Assembly: GCA_015680685.1 (NCBI GenBank)
Contig: MNCI01000064.1
Coordinates: 1-59,031 of the forward strand
Source: Gnetum montanum
Lineage: Eukaryota; Plantae; Gnetophyta
Length of the DNA stretch: 59,031 nt
Direction: 5' to 3'
Part shown: one piece after another, positions 13,701 to 24,539 of the stretch
Position numbering within the stretch: the first letter of the stretch is position 1
How the letters are laid out: each line of letters opens with the position of its first letter
The notes under the pieces: generated by a model
Database searches by the model: none
Seen by the model: only the letters and a program-made list of their open reading frames with translations
Told to the model about the DNA's origin: nothing
Translations under genes and position numbers: made by a program

Positions 13701-15022
13701 GAGGATAAATGTAAAGTTTGGAATATACTCATTAGGATGAGTATAAACTATCTTGTATTGTTTAGGACTTGGCTGATTTCGGCTATGTGTTTTATGTTGC
13801 CGACTGTCTCGTGTATGGTTGATAGGTGGTGAGTTGCTCTTATGAGAAGAAGACATTGTTATCGGTGTGCTAATTCACCATTATATAATTTTTTATCTTG
13901 ATTAACTCGAAGGTTCGTTTAGGCTCCCAACGATGTGAGTGATATCCTTATGTTCTATTCGGTGCACAAACACTAAGTCCCCGGCAATGGCGCCAATGAT
14001 GAGTGGTGAGGTACCCCTACACTCAACCATACAAAATGAGTGTAGCACGCGCAATCCGATCGAACTCCGTAGACTAAGTGCCTACACACCCCATGGAACA
14101 CTTGGGGTTAATCATTCGTTGTCTTCTCAGACTTACTTGTAGTTGTCGCGGTGTATGGTTAAGTAAGTCCGAGGTATATGATTTTTATAGTTTTTAATGT
14201 TTTTCTCCTATGCTATTGAGGTGAAGGGTTGAGAAACTAACTAGCTCTAACTAATGACTAAGTCTGAATTAACCTAGTGTCAGCATCTGTTCCCACTTAC
14301 CGTACACACCCTGAACCGATGCAACCGCGGCTACCAAATGCTAATTGTTGCTGGGATCACCGCACGTAACTCACGAGCTTGAAGTGGTCGTATTGAGGCA
14401 CTTAACTAGGAGGAAAGGGTTGAGAGAATCTATCTAGCCTAAGTGCAATGAGCAACCAATTCCTTGACTAACCGTACACATCTGGGACTACCACTGGGAT
14501 TACCAAGCGCAGATCCTGAATACGCCAATGGGTTACCAAGTAGTCACACGAGATGCTCGTAATCAAGTCGTACTCATACCACATGCGATGAGCAGCCGAT
14601 TCCTTGACTATCTGTACACATCCTTAGATGCTCATAATCAATTCATACTCATTCCACATTCTAGGAGTTTAAGGGTGAGAGAGAAGACAATAAATAAAAT
14701 CCTATTCCATGCACTGCAAGGTTTATCCAAGAAGCTCATCTTTATTGTCGTACACAACTTGTGTTTAGGTACAATGTTGCTCGAATAAAGATCCGTTTAC
14801 TTTAGGACTCCTACTGCGGACACATGGAAAATATTCTATCTCTGGAGTGATCAAACTGCTAAGTTTTCCCTACTTCTAACTCAGGATGGTGAAACAAGGG
14901 AGAGCCGCCTCTTATTTATAGATATGGCGGCGGACCGTAATATCGTGTAAGCGACATCGCAGGGGAGGATGCGATATCGCGGTGGCCGTGATACTGCAGC
15001 TCATGCGAATTACATCTCATCA
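10771..15022 (-). mobile_element. Athila-like Ty3/Gypsy element 5' half: LTR, PBS, gag, zinc knuckle, aspartic protease
   Basis: LTR 13997-15022; PBS TGGCGCCATTGCCGGGGAC (13995-13977); gag 12351-12960 (QGTYEPL...YTLLHYCPGHG); CEICHYDHPKGCC; protease LPRKLTDPG...RALLNFGFGVNLI...PLGLVEDII...YPANFLVI at ~10980-11310. Confidence 0.9.
13997..15022 (-). repeat. Athila-like 5' LTR
   Basis: TG...CA termini, adjacent PBS, internal short duplications (~14295-14630) and a CpG-rich GATATC array at 14935-15005. Confidence 0.9.
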
Positions 15023-15716
15023 ATTTTCATTTATGTTTTGAATGCTCTCTGTTGAACTAAATTTGTCAAACACATCTAGAATCTGATGAAGCCTTTTCAG
15101 GTTTTTATTTGGACAAGTTTTCGAAAGTAAATCATCTTGATAAGATTAAGCTTCAATAAAATTCAAGGTTGAACTTGCATTTTTCAAATACTGCTCGGGG
15201 TTGTTTTCTTCAAAAAAAGATCTATGGAAATTTTTCAAATTGACTATCTGGAATCTTGTTAAAGGCATTGTAGAAATCACTTCGATCGAGGAGATATCTC
15301 TCTTGTCACAAACAAATGGATTCCATCGAGTTAATAACTTGGACAAGTTATAGTCATATATTAATACATACTTTTTGTCACTGCTTATGTTGGATACTTG
15401 TGACTCTATGAGTGAAATAGCCTCTTTCTCTAGGTGAACGGGTCTTATTTCGTTTATAGGCCATCCACAATAATCTATTTTCTTTGTTGCAAAGACATAA
15501 AAAAATAGACGCCTTACCCAAAAATAAAAATTATCTTTTGAAAAGAAGCCAAATGTATCCAAAAAATTTTGGGTTGCTCGAGATTCGAACCTGGAACTCT
15601 TCTGATGGAGTTGATCTTTAATCTTATTTGATAAAAAACCTTCCCCCAAACTGGGCTTGCAATTTTCATCTCACATAGCTTTCTCCATGTATTTGCTTTT
15701 TCTTTAGGTCTTTAGT
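15023..15716 (-). pseudogene. ycf2: Nuclear plastid DNA (NUPT): ycf2 fragment
   Basis: ORF 15146-15649 contains [30 protein letters not shown]...[22 protein letters not shown] and EQYL. These match recalled Ycf2 motifs ([16 protein letters not shown]; YNL...RAIYSIADISGTPL-EGQ-VN; HQYLN). The frame continues past TAA at 15146 up to the LTR edge, and CpGs are retained unlike in the flanks. Confidence 0.8.
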
Positions 15717-16202
15717 NNNNNNNNNNNNNNNNNNNNNNNNNNNNNNNNNNNNNNNNNNNNNNNNNNNNNNNNNNNNNNNNNNNNNNNNNNNNNNNNNNNN
15801 NNNNNNNNNNNNNNNNNNNNNNNNNNNNNNNNNNNNNNNNNNNNNNNNNNNNNNNNNNNNNNNNNNNNNNNNNNNNNNNNNNNNNNNNNNNNNNNNNNNN
15901 NNNNNNNNNNNNNNNNNNNNNNNNNNNNNNNNNNNNNNNNNNNNNNNNNNNNNNNNNNNNNNNNNNNNNNNNNNNNNNNNNNNNNNNNNNNNNNNNNNNN
16001 NNNNNNNNNNNNNNNNNNNNNNNNNNNNNNNNNNNNNNNNNNNNNNNNNNNNNNNNNNNNNNNNNNNNNNNNNNNNNNNNNNNNNNNNNNNNNNNNNNNN
16101 NNNNNNNNNNNNNNNNNNNNNNNNNNNNNNNNNNNNNNNNNNNNNNNNNNNNNNNNNNNNNNNNNNNNNNNNNNNNNNNNNNNNNNNNNNNNNNNNNNNN
16201 NN
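15717..16202. other. Assembly gap (N run)
   Basis: Run of N. Confidence 1.
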
Positions 16203-16468
16203 ACTGTACATACTATCATGCTCTAGTACAACAACGCTGGAATAAAGATCCATACACTTAATGACTCCTACTGTGGGCACTCAAGAAAAATATTCTAACT
16301 TTTGAATAGAAAAATTGCAAGAGCTCTGCTACTACTATGAATTTGATGCTCGTAAACACAGCTAGGAGCTCATATTTATAGTTTGAACTCCAGGGTTGCA
16401 TCAACGGGGCCTTGTAGATGAGATTGCATCAATGAGGGTCCATTAATGCAACACTTTGATGCTCATCA
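16203..16468 (-). repeat. 5' end of an Athila-like LTR (rest in gap)
   Basis: Near-copy of 17350-17672, ending ...CTCATCA at 16468. Confidence 0.85.
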
Positions 16469-17672
16469 AGGATGAAGGTGAAATTAGGCACATACTCATT
16501 TGGATGAGTATACACCACTCTGCACTCTTGAGGGATCGACATTTTAACATCATCATGCCTGCAAGAAGAAGAAGACATCTTGCAAAACAAATAAAATATC
16601 AATGTGCTTTTGTAATTATATTATTTGAGAATGATGTTGACCTTAGGATTCATCCAATGATACTTATAATGTTCACTAATCCTAGATAGTGCATGTTTTA
16701 ACAAAAAAAGGTCCCCAGCAATGGTGCCAATGATGAGTGGTTGAGGTACCCCTACGCTCAACCATACAAATCATGAAGTGTTCACACACAATCTAGTTGA
16801 ATTCTATGGACTCTATAGTTTCCTATGCACTAGGCTTCTAGGAAGTGAACCTTCCCCTAATGGTCATTCATTATCTTCCCAATTACACTTGTAAAGCTCA
16901 AGGGTATGGTTTAAGTGTAATTGAGGCACATGATTTTTGTCATTTTATCCTTTTATGTTTTTTGTGCTTAAAAAGATAGATGAAGTAAATTGAGGACTCA
17001 TTTAATTTAAGTATTTAACTAATCTTTAACTAGTCCTAACATAAATATCTCTTCCCACTTTTCATACATGTCCTTAACCCACGTATCCATTGCTGGGTTA
17101 CCAAGCACTACGCTACTGGGTGCACCAAGTAATAATGTTGCTGGGATTACCAAGAAAATACATGTTACTCTCAAAGTGGTCATACTTATGTGTCTGATCT
17201 ATTTAGCTTATCTCGCTTAATCATGTAATTAGCTTAACTACTGAGGAACGTTGAATAAATAACTAAAAACATTAAATGCATGAATAAAACATTTAAACTA
17301 TCTAGAATGTTGTAAGGTTTATCAAGGATCTTTTCTTTATTGTGGCACACACTGTCGTGCTTAGGTACAATAGTGCTCAAATAAAGATCCATACACTCAA
17401 TGATTCCTACTGCGGGCACTCAGGAAAATATTCTAACTTTCAAATGGAAAAACTGCAAGAGGTCGACTACTATTACAACTTGATGTTCCATAAACATGAT
17501 TGTAAGCTCGTATTTATAGTTTTTATTATAGGGCTGCATTGACGGGGCCTTGTAGACATAGCAAATGCTACGTCAACGCAGCCTTGTCAACAAGGCAACA
17601 CCACATAAATATGGCCTCGTTGATGAGGTTGCCTCAATAAGGACCATCGACGCAACACTTTGACACTCATCA
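16469..17672 (-). mobile_element. Athila-like 5' LTR (16731-17672), PBS and start of 5' UTR
   Basis: PBS reads TGGCACCATTGCTGGGGAC on the minus strand at 16729-16711. UTR 16469-16710 is similar to 13700-13980. Confidence 0.85.
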
Positions 17673-17792
17673 CTTCTCTTTCCAAGAAACCCTTTAGTAA
17701 GAAGTGAAAACCTATGAGGGTGCTTATGAATAAGGGCAAGGCCTAGTCCTTTTTCTACTCCACAAGGGAGATTTTTTAGAATTGGTTATAAA

Positions 17793-17955
17793 GATAAGGA
17801 TCATCACCTAGAGCCACAGTGCTCATCCCACTGAGTAAGATCTCAGGAGAGTTGGTAGATGAGCAAAAGTTTAACCTCTTTGAGTGGTTGTGCCTAGGCT
17901 CGAACCTAGGTCTTTGACTTGAGAAACAAGCACCTTACCATCACTCAGTGGTTGT
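17793..17955 (-). mobile_element. tRNA-derived SINE (family A)
   Basis: Minus strand TGGTAAGG...GGTTCGAGCC (A/B-box spacing) followed by a body also seen at 38985-39128 (+) and partly at 24295-24365. Confidence 0.6.
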
Positions 17956-18179
17956 AAGGATGAAAGCCTAAAAATGCATCCCCAAAACCATTGGGCTTTT
18001 TCTTTAAATGTTCTCTTTAATGATCTAATGTACTATAAATGTTTTTAATATTATTATTATTTTGAGGTTTGTCAACCTCTCCACACCTTTTGTGTGACTC
18101 TTTCTTTGATGATTTGATACACTTTGATTTTTTAATATTATTATTCATTTTTTACCCCTAGGTGCTACTAGCCTTGAGT

Positions 18180-18770
18180 TTAGGTGCACCCCAAGATATA
18201 TAGTTTAATTAGAATTCTATATAACTTAGCATTACCCACTGGAATTGAAACCATGACTTGGAGCTTCCAAATCAAGTGTTTTACCACTACGCCAATACCT
18301 CATTATTTAACTTAAAACTATAGTAAGAAAAAAACTTAAAACTATTAAAAAAGCATTGCTCACTTGGTTAGAATATGTTCCTTTTGATTTGCACTTCTTT
18401 TTCTTTCAATAAAGAATGTTAGAACATTAACTATTCAGGGTGTGTACAAAATAGAGTACATTTTTTATTTTTTTAAGGGTAAAGTGATTTAATACACTTG
18501 GAACAATGCCCCAAAGCTAGCATGCTTAGGTTGGTGGTACTAGGTTTGAACCTCTAAGTACAAAACAATATGTGCTAACCAACTACCAAGTGACCCATAC
18601 ACACCCAACACAATACTTTGGGGGTTATAGAACTCTAAAATAATTATAATATAGGTACACCCCAAGATATATAGTTCAATTAGAAGTTTATAGTTAAGCA
18701 TTGTCTACTAGGATCAAACCCATGACTTGAATGACTTAGAGCTCTCAAATCAAGACTCTTTACCAACATA
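18180..18770 (-). repeat. Two copies (~18180-18305 and ~18651-18765) of a tRNA-like SINE head (family B) with shared downstream body
   Basis: Minus strand GGCGTAGTGGTAAAACACTTGATTTGGAAGCTCCAAGTCATGGTTTCAATTCC. Shared + strand block TAGGT(G/A)CACCCCAAGATATATAGTT. Third copy at 24423-24497. Confidence 0.55.
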
Positions 18771-19139
18771 ATACTTGGAATTAGCTACATGTCTTAAGGT
18801 GTATGTATAAGCAAATTATTTTAAGTTTCAACATCCAACCCAAAATAGTTCAAAATTCTAATATCCTTTTTAAAAATAGAGAATGCTAAAAAAAGAATTC
18901 CAATACCCTTTTTTATTAAAAAAAAATTAGTGTATACCCAACAAAATACTTTGATATAGGGAAGCTTCTAGTTGGTTTGCTCCTACCCGGGTTTTAAATC
19001 CATCACCAACAATCTCACATGCCACCCTAGGGGCGATGTTTTCCATTGAATATTTCTATAACTAAGAAAAAAACAAAAACAAACCCCCAAAATTTAAAAA
19101 AAGAATACAAAAGAAAAAAAAAAGAGTCCCTTTGATAAG

Positions 19140-19400
19140 CCGACCAGAGAAATCCTCACTATATTAAGGATTGATTCCACTGCGACACAGTTCCACAAAA
19201 ACGCAACACATGCCAACGATCCCGGCAAATCTCTTATCAGTATTTGAAATCGTTGCTCCGCTCGTACATAACTACCTAGAGAGAGAGAATGAGATAGAAT
19301 AGACAGAACGAAGCAGAACGAGAGCTACTGGTGGTCCAGGGTTTTTAGGGTTTGGTCCCGCTTTTTCTCTTTATTTCTCTCTTTTTCTTTGTTTCTTTCA
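19140..19400 (+). promoter_or_regulatory. Putative Pol II promoter / 5' UTR start of the downstream coiled-coil gene
   Basis: Abrupt gain of CpG, TATA-like CTATATTAAG (~19159), (GA)n tract, telo-box TAGGGTTT (~19346) and a CT-rich leader. Confidence 0.5.
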
Positions 19401-19680
19401 GGCTCTGTACTCTATTTTACATGCTGCTGTAGTAACCCACTTGCTTTGCATTTCTACGGTTATTGTCAACTTGCTTTCGTTCTTGCTTCTCTCTGCTCTT
19501 TCTTCTTCTTTCGGTCTGGCCTGGATTCAGAGTACTGGTTTTTACGCCATTTTTGGACGATACTCGTTGTGCGTGCTCAAGGTTCAGTTGGTCGTTTGAG
19601 TCATTTTTGCTTGCTTTCATCTTCTTGTGCAGAAATAACGGTTACTTTGAAAGATTTGCTTTGGTTTGCGTGCTGATACG

Positions 19681-20270
19681 CTGTTTGGAAATGTAAATGC
19701 GTTTGACGTCTCAGAGCTTGATTTCGATGTATTTGTTTCGTTTTCTGCAATGTTTTCGATTTTTTTTTACCGCTGCTTTTAGTTTATGCATGTTTTTTGA
19801 AATTTTCCGTATCTCTGCAATGCGTCTTTGTTTGTTGCAAATGTTTTAGTTTTTGCGACCGAGTTTTCGATGTTGGAATGGTGTTTCGCCATTTGGAAAT
19901 GTAAATGGCGCCGATATTTTAGACTTCGGTTTTGGTTTGTTTCCTTTTCTGTGATGTTTTTGATTTTATGTCGCTTTTATGCATAGTTTTGAAGTTTTCG
20001 ACTTCCTTGCAAGCGTTTTAGATTCTGTGATGGATTTTTCGATTTTGGGTGGGGAGAATGTTGTTCAAAGGTGTAGCATGCGCATTTTGTCTAATGGATG
20101 AAAGGATGGATTTATTATGTGGCTTGGTTTGTTGCGAGCGTGAGTTTTAGTTTTTGAAACTGAACCGAGTATCTGTGACGGATTTTTCGATGTTGGAATA
20201 GTGTTCGACATAAGTTACGGCATGCGCGATAGATTTTATTTAATGGATGAAAAGATGGATTTGTTTGTCT
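19681..20270 (+). repeat. Diverged tandem duplications in leader/intron
   Basis: TTTGGAAATGTAAATG at ~19684 and ~19892; TTTTCGATGTTGGAAT at ~19864 and ~20184; ATGGATGAAA-GATGGATTT at ~20094 and ~20243. Confidence 0.7.
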
Positions 20271-20537
20271 GAATGAATATGCGTGTTTCTATGCTTCTAG
20301 TTGTCAATGCAGATATGCGGTTCCAAGGGTTACAAATATTTGTTCTCGGAAGGAGACCTGTACTGTTTTTGGTTTTTTCAAGAAAAATCATTTTAGTTCT
20401 GCATAGTCTGCAGTGTTGCAACATTACAGGCCATTAGTTTTCTTATTTTATTTTGGATCTTAATCATCCACAATCAAAGAAGCATGTATCATAGGTGGAT
20501 AGATATAAGGGATGAAAGGAATGATTTATTTGTTTGA

Positions 20538-22719
20538 ATGAATATGGCAAGAGGCGTTATGTCAAATAATGGCGGAAGCGTAACTCTTTGGGAAGAAGAT
20601 AAGGTTTCCAAGTTGCAGAACCTTAACAAGGTTTTGCCTAAACAAATTAGGGAACTTAGACAAGAGAGAGCTTCTCTGTTGGATAAAAATAAAGAACAAA
20701 GGAACAAGGTTCAACAATAGTTAGCAGAGTTGAAAAATGAAACCCAAAAGTTGAAAGAGAACCTACAACAGTCGGAGAGAGAAAAAGTTGAATCTCTCAC
20801 AAAAAATGCTGAAGTTGAAGAACTTTTGGAGGTGGAAAGAAAAAGAGCTGCAGAAACTGAAGAGAATCTTACCAAACAGCTGTTTGACAAGGAAGACGAG
20901 ATAAAATGGCTTCTTTCGAGGAAAGATGAGCTCGAGAATTCCTTGGTTGAATTAAATAATCGGTTCACAGCCTATTCTGTACAAGAACAAGAAGCTCAAT
21001 CTAGCTTAAGGTCGGAAAAGGATGATCTTTTGTCACAAATTATATTGGCACAGAAAGAGATGGAAAAACAAAGAGAAATGATGACAAATGAGTTTCAGGA
21101 GAGAATGGAAAAGATGAGAAATGAAAATTCGGCTCTGCAGTCTCAGCTACAGGAGTGCGAGGAAAGAACAAGTGCTACTGAAACAAAGAGAAGCCAATTA
21201 GAGGGTGAATTAATGAACTTGCAATCACAATACATGTCACTGATTGACCAGCATTTGAACTTAAAGCTGCAGTGGAAAAATACTTTAGCAGATGCTCAAG
21301 ATCTAACGGCTCAACTAGATAAGTATAAAGGTATTCTGTCAGATGTTGAGAAGGAGAGGGAGCAATTGATGGCTTGGATTCAGGGAGTTACACATGAAAA
21401 GTCCGAGCTGCAATCTGAGTTGAACAATTGCAAGGCAAGGATAAGTGATTACTCAGAGAATCGGCCGAAGATAAGGACTCATGGAATGAAGAAAGACAAT
21501 CTCTTGAAATAAGAATTTCCAACTTACTGTCAAAAATCTCCGAGATTTCAATTGAACATGGGAAGCTGAAGGCAGAAAATGTGAAATTGATTACAGATGT
21601 TGATAGCTTGAGGATTCAGCTAACTGATAGCAATGGTGCACTCAGAGCGGTGGAAAGTGCATGAATTGAAAGCTTGGTTGAAAAAGCTCGAAAATGAAAA
21701 AGATGCTTTGCAAGACCAAATTTATGCCCTGGGAAAAGAGCTGAGCGATGTACAAACGGAATTGGTTCATCAGAAGAATAGAGTTCAGGAGTTAAGCAGG
21801 GATGCCCAGCAACTGCAAGAAAGGAATTCTGCTCTTATTCATGCTAAATATGAAGCAGCCAGAATATTTGATAAGCATAGTGCAGTTATCAAGGATAAAC
21901 ATGCAAAACTGGAAAACCAGTATCGTAACGTATTAGAGTTGAATGAGGGGCAAAAGAAGAAGATTGAGGCATTGCAAAAGGACATGGGTTCTATTGAAAG
22001 TAAAAGACAAGCCGAGCTTCAGGGTGTGTATGAATTAAGGAATCAGTTTGAGGAGCTTTCTAAAACTCTGAATTCCAAAGATCAGATTGTGTACAGGCTG
22101 GAGAGAACGGTTCAAACATTGGAAAGAGAAAAAGAGGAAGTTGAACTTCACAAATTAGCTCACCTTGAAAGTTTATCTGCAGCAGAGCAACAATACAACA
22201 CCAGCTTGTCAAACTTGCAGAAAGATATAGCAGGATACTGCACCAACTTGTCAAAACTTGAGAAAGAGAGAGAAGAATTCAGAATGCTCACTTGTAAGCT
22301 CAAGGAACTAAAACAAGAATTGTGCAGTGTTTTGAAAAACATATTAGTGGAGGAAGAGGACTTGGAGGGTGCCCTAATTTCTTCTGTTTCTGATATGAAA
22401 TCAAGCGAAGAAGACATTGAATCAATGATTCTTTATGTTCAAAAACTGAAGGTATTTGTTCCCGACAGGATGAGGAATTAGTCAAGTTACGCAGTGAGCT
22501 TCAAAATGTTGCTGCCCAAAAGCAATCCATGGAGGACAAATACAATTCGCCGACCTGCAGCGGCAATTAATGGTTAAGAAAAATTTTTCATGGCAGACTG
22601 TTATAGCTTCAATCGGAGCTCTTGCTGCAGCTGCAGCTACTGCCTACATCAAGTATGATTTTGGTTACAATTATGCTATGCTAGGCGGTGTCAATTGTAA
22701 ATGTCCGTTGCTAAGGTAA
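20538..22719 (+). pseudogene. Long coiled-coil, C-terminally tail-anchored protein (paramyosin-like, resembling Arabidopsis At3g05130/At5g27330 type), disabled
   Basis: Heptad-rich E/K/L/Q ORFs 20538-20720, 20730-21512 and 21633-22481 lie in one frame. There is an in-frame TAG at 20718 and frameshifts at ~21448, ~21645, ~22450 and ~22545. N-term KVSKLQNLNKVLPKQIRELRQ; C-term KKNFSWQTVIASIGALAAAAATAYIK. Confidence 0.7.
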
Positions 22720-23428
22720 TAATGGTCTCTGCAGGAGACTTGCTGTCTGTTTGAGAAACATTAAATTAAATGTTTATCAAACCATGGGGTTACATACTTT
22801 CCCAAAAATTAAATTAAATGCCTTTAGTGCAAGGCTCGAAAAGAGAAACATTTGTGCTTTAATGGTCCTTGTCTTTCAACGACTGGATCAGCATGTTAAC
22901 CAAAATCGAAATGTTCACATTATAGCTGCTTCAAGTTGGAGAATGTGGGTTTGAGCTTTGGAATTTCCTTGACACTTAAGAAAAAATCAAAAAAAAATAC
23001 AGGGAATTATGAGCATTGAAGTGACGAAAGCGATGAAATTTCTAACAGACCGGAATTTATTGGTCAAGACAAAGGAGTTCAATGGACGTATTATGTTGAG
23101 AGACCCAACGAAGGAGTATAACGTGGAAAGAAAATTGAAAGACTTTGTGTAAGGGAGTAGCAATGACTTGACATGACCAATGCCAGAAAATTGGGTCGGA
23201 ATCAATAACTTCGTGTTATGATATTTATTCATATGACACAATATTCAATACATAAGCACACATTATACAATTCTAAAAAAGAAAATGTCGAGTGATGTTT
23301 TGAAGGGTCTTATCTTTATAATGTTGTTGCAATTTCATTAAGGTTGAAAACCCAGAAGGGTGACTGAATGGAAAATCAGAGGACATTTACTTCTAAAGGC
23401 GTCCTTTCAACCAAAAACAAAATTCGTC

Positions 23429-23541
23429 AGGGAATTAATGAAATAATGAAACTGAAATTAACTTTTATTACTGTTAGGAAACTTGCTAAAGGGAATTAAT
23501 GAAATAATGAAGGTGAAATTGACTTTTATTACTGCTAGGAT
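23429..23541 (+). repeat. Tandem duplication, period 61 bp
   Basis: AGGGAATTAATGAAATAATGAA..TGAAATT.ACTTTTATTACTG.TAGGA at 23429 and 23490. Confidence 0.9.
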
Positions 23542-24294
23542 AAATTGATAGATATTAATTTTTCATGAAAAATAATACATGAGTAATGAAAAATAAAGCG
23601 ACATTACAAAGCGGGATTTTGAATACAAAATTAACATGTAATTTCACATGGGTAATCAGAGTCAAAAAAAGAAACATAATAATAATATATATTAACATAT
23701 AGTTAATATACCTCACTAAGAGAATCTTGAAAAAGGAAGTTTGAGTTTTCTATAACAATTTCGGTTATGATGAGAAGGATAGCTAAATCTTGTGACATAA
23801 AATATTTTGAATATTCATGGATTTTTGTTCCTTTTGCAATAGGAAGATACAAACATAGAAGTCCTAGATTGCTTGGAGCAAATATGTAAGTATTATGGAG
23901 GAAATATTATTCAACATTATAGATAGACTTTCCTTGGAATGGTATGGATAAAATATTATTTATAGTTATTGATAAGTTCTCCTTTTAGCATTATGGACGG
24001 AATAAATAAGCTCTCATTGGGCCATTATGTACTAAACGCTATTTAGAGATCTATGATTGGTAGCTAGTCTATTAGCTAAAATTTAAAAAAACAAAAAAAA
24101 AACACAAAGTTTCAAATGGGTAATAAGAGTAAACAAAGAAACACAAACACATATAATTTGTCCTTGAGGGCTAATCATAGTATAAAAAAGAAAGATCTAA
24201 AATTTATCCTTAAAAGTTACATTTTTTTTTTAGAAGTTGAATCCATTGTCCATTTTAAGATGATGTGAACTTAAGTGAAGGTTACGTATAGCAT

Positions 24295-24497
24295 AGGGAT
24301 AGGATTATCACCTAGAGCTACAATGCTTATCACCTAAGAGAGCTCAAACCTAGGTCTTAGACATAAGTGATAGTATAGGGATACATTAGAAGGGTGTTGA
24401 AACCTCGAAATAACAATTCAACATTGCCCACTAGAATCGAACCCATGATTAGGAGCTTTCAAATCAAAAGTCTTACCATTAAGCTAATGCCTCATTG
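24295..24497 (-). mobile_element. SINE remnants (family A partial 24295-24365; family B head 24423-24497)
   Basis: Similar to 17793-17955 and to 18231-18305; B-box-like GGTTCGATTC on the minus strand. Confidence 0.5.
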
Positions 24498-24539
24498 TTA
24501 GCAAAAACTCATACAAACAAATACTTGAATGCTAAATCC

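Noticed and set aside
11317-13708. Numerous 60-130 aa ORFs on the + strand
   Set aside because: Antisense or shadow frames of the minus-strand Athila gag region.
15146-15649. Endogenous viral ORF hypothesis for the orphan-looking 167-aa ORF
   Set aside because: Motifs match plastid Ycf2 better.
18231-18305. tRNA gene candidate
   Set aside because: Degenerate boxes, no convincing cloverleaf and several diverged copies with a shared body; better explained as a SINE head.
23740-24000. Possible Ty3/Gypsy integrase scrap (IDFP..GMDKILFIVIDKFS)
   Set aside because: Only one weak motif; too short to call.
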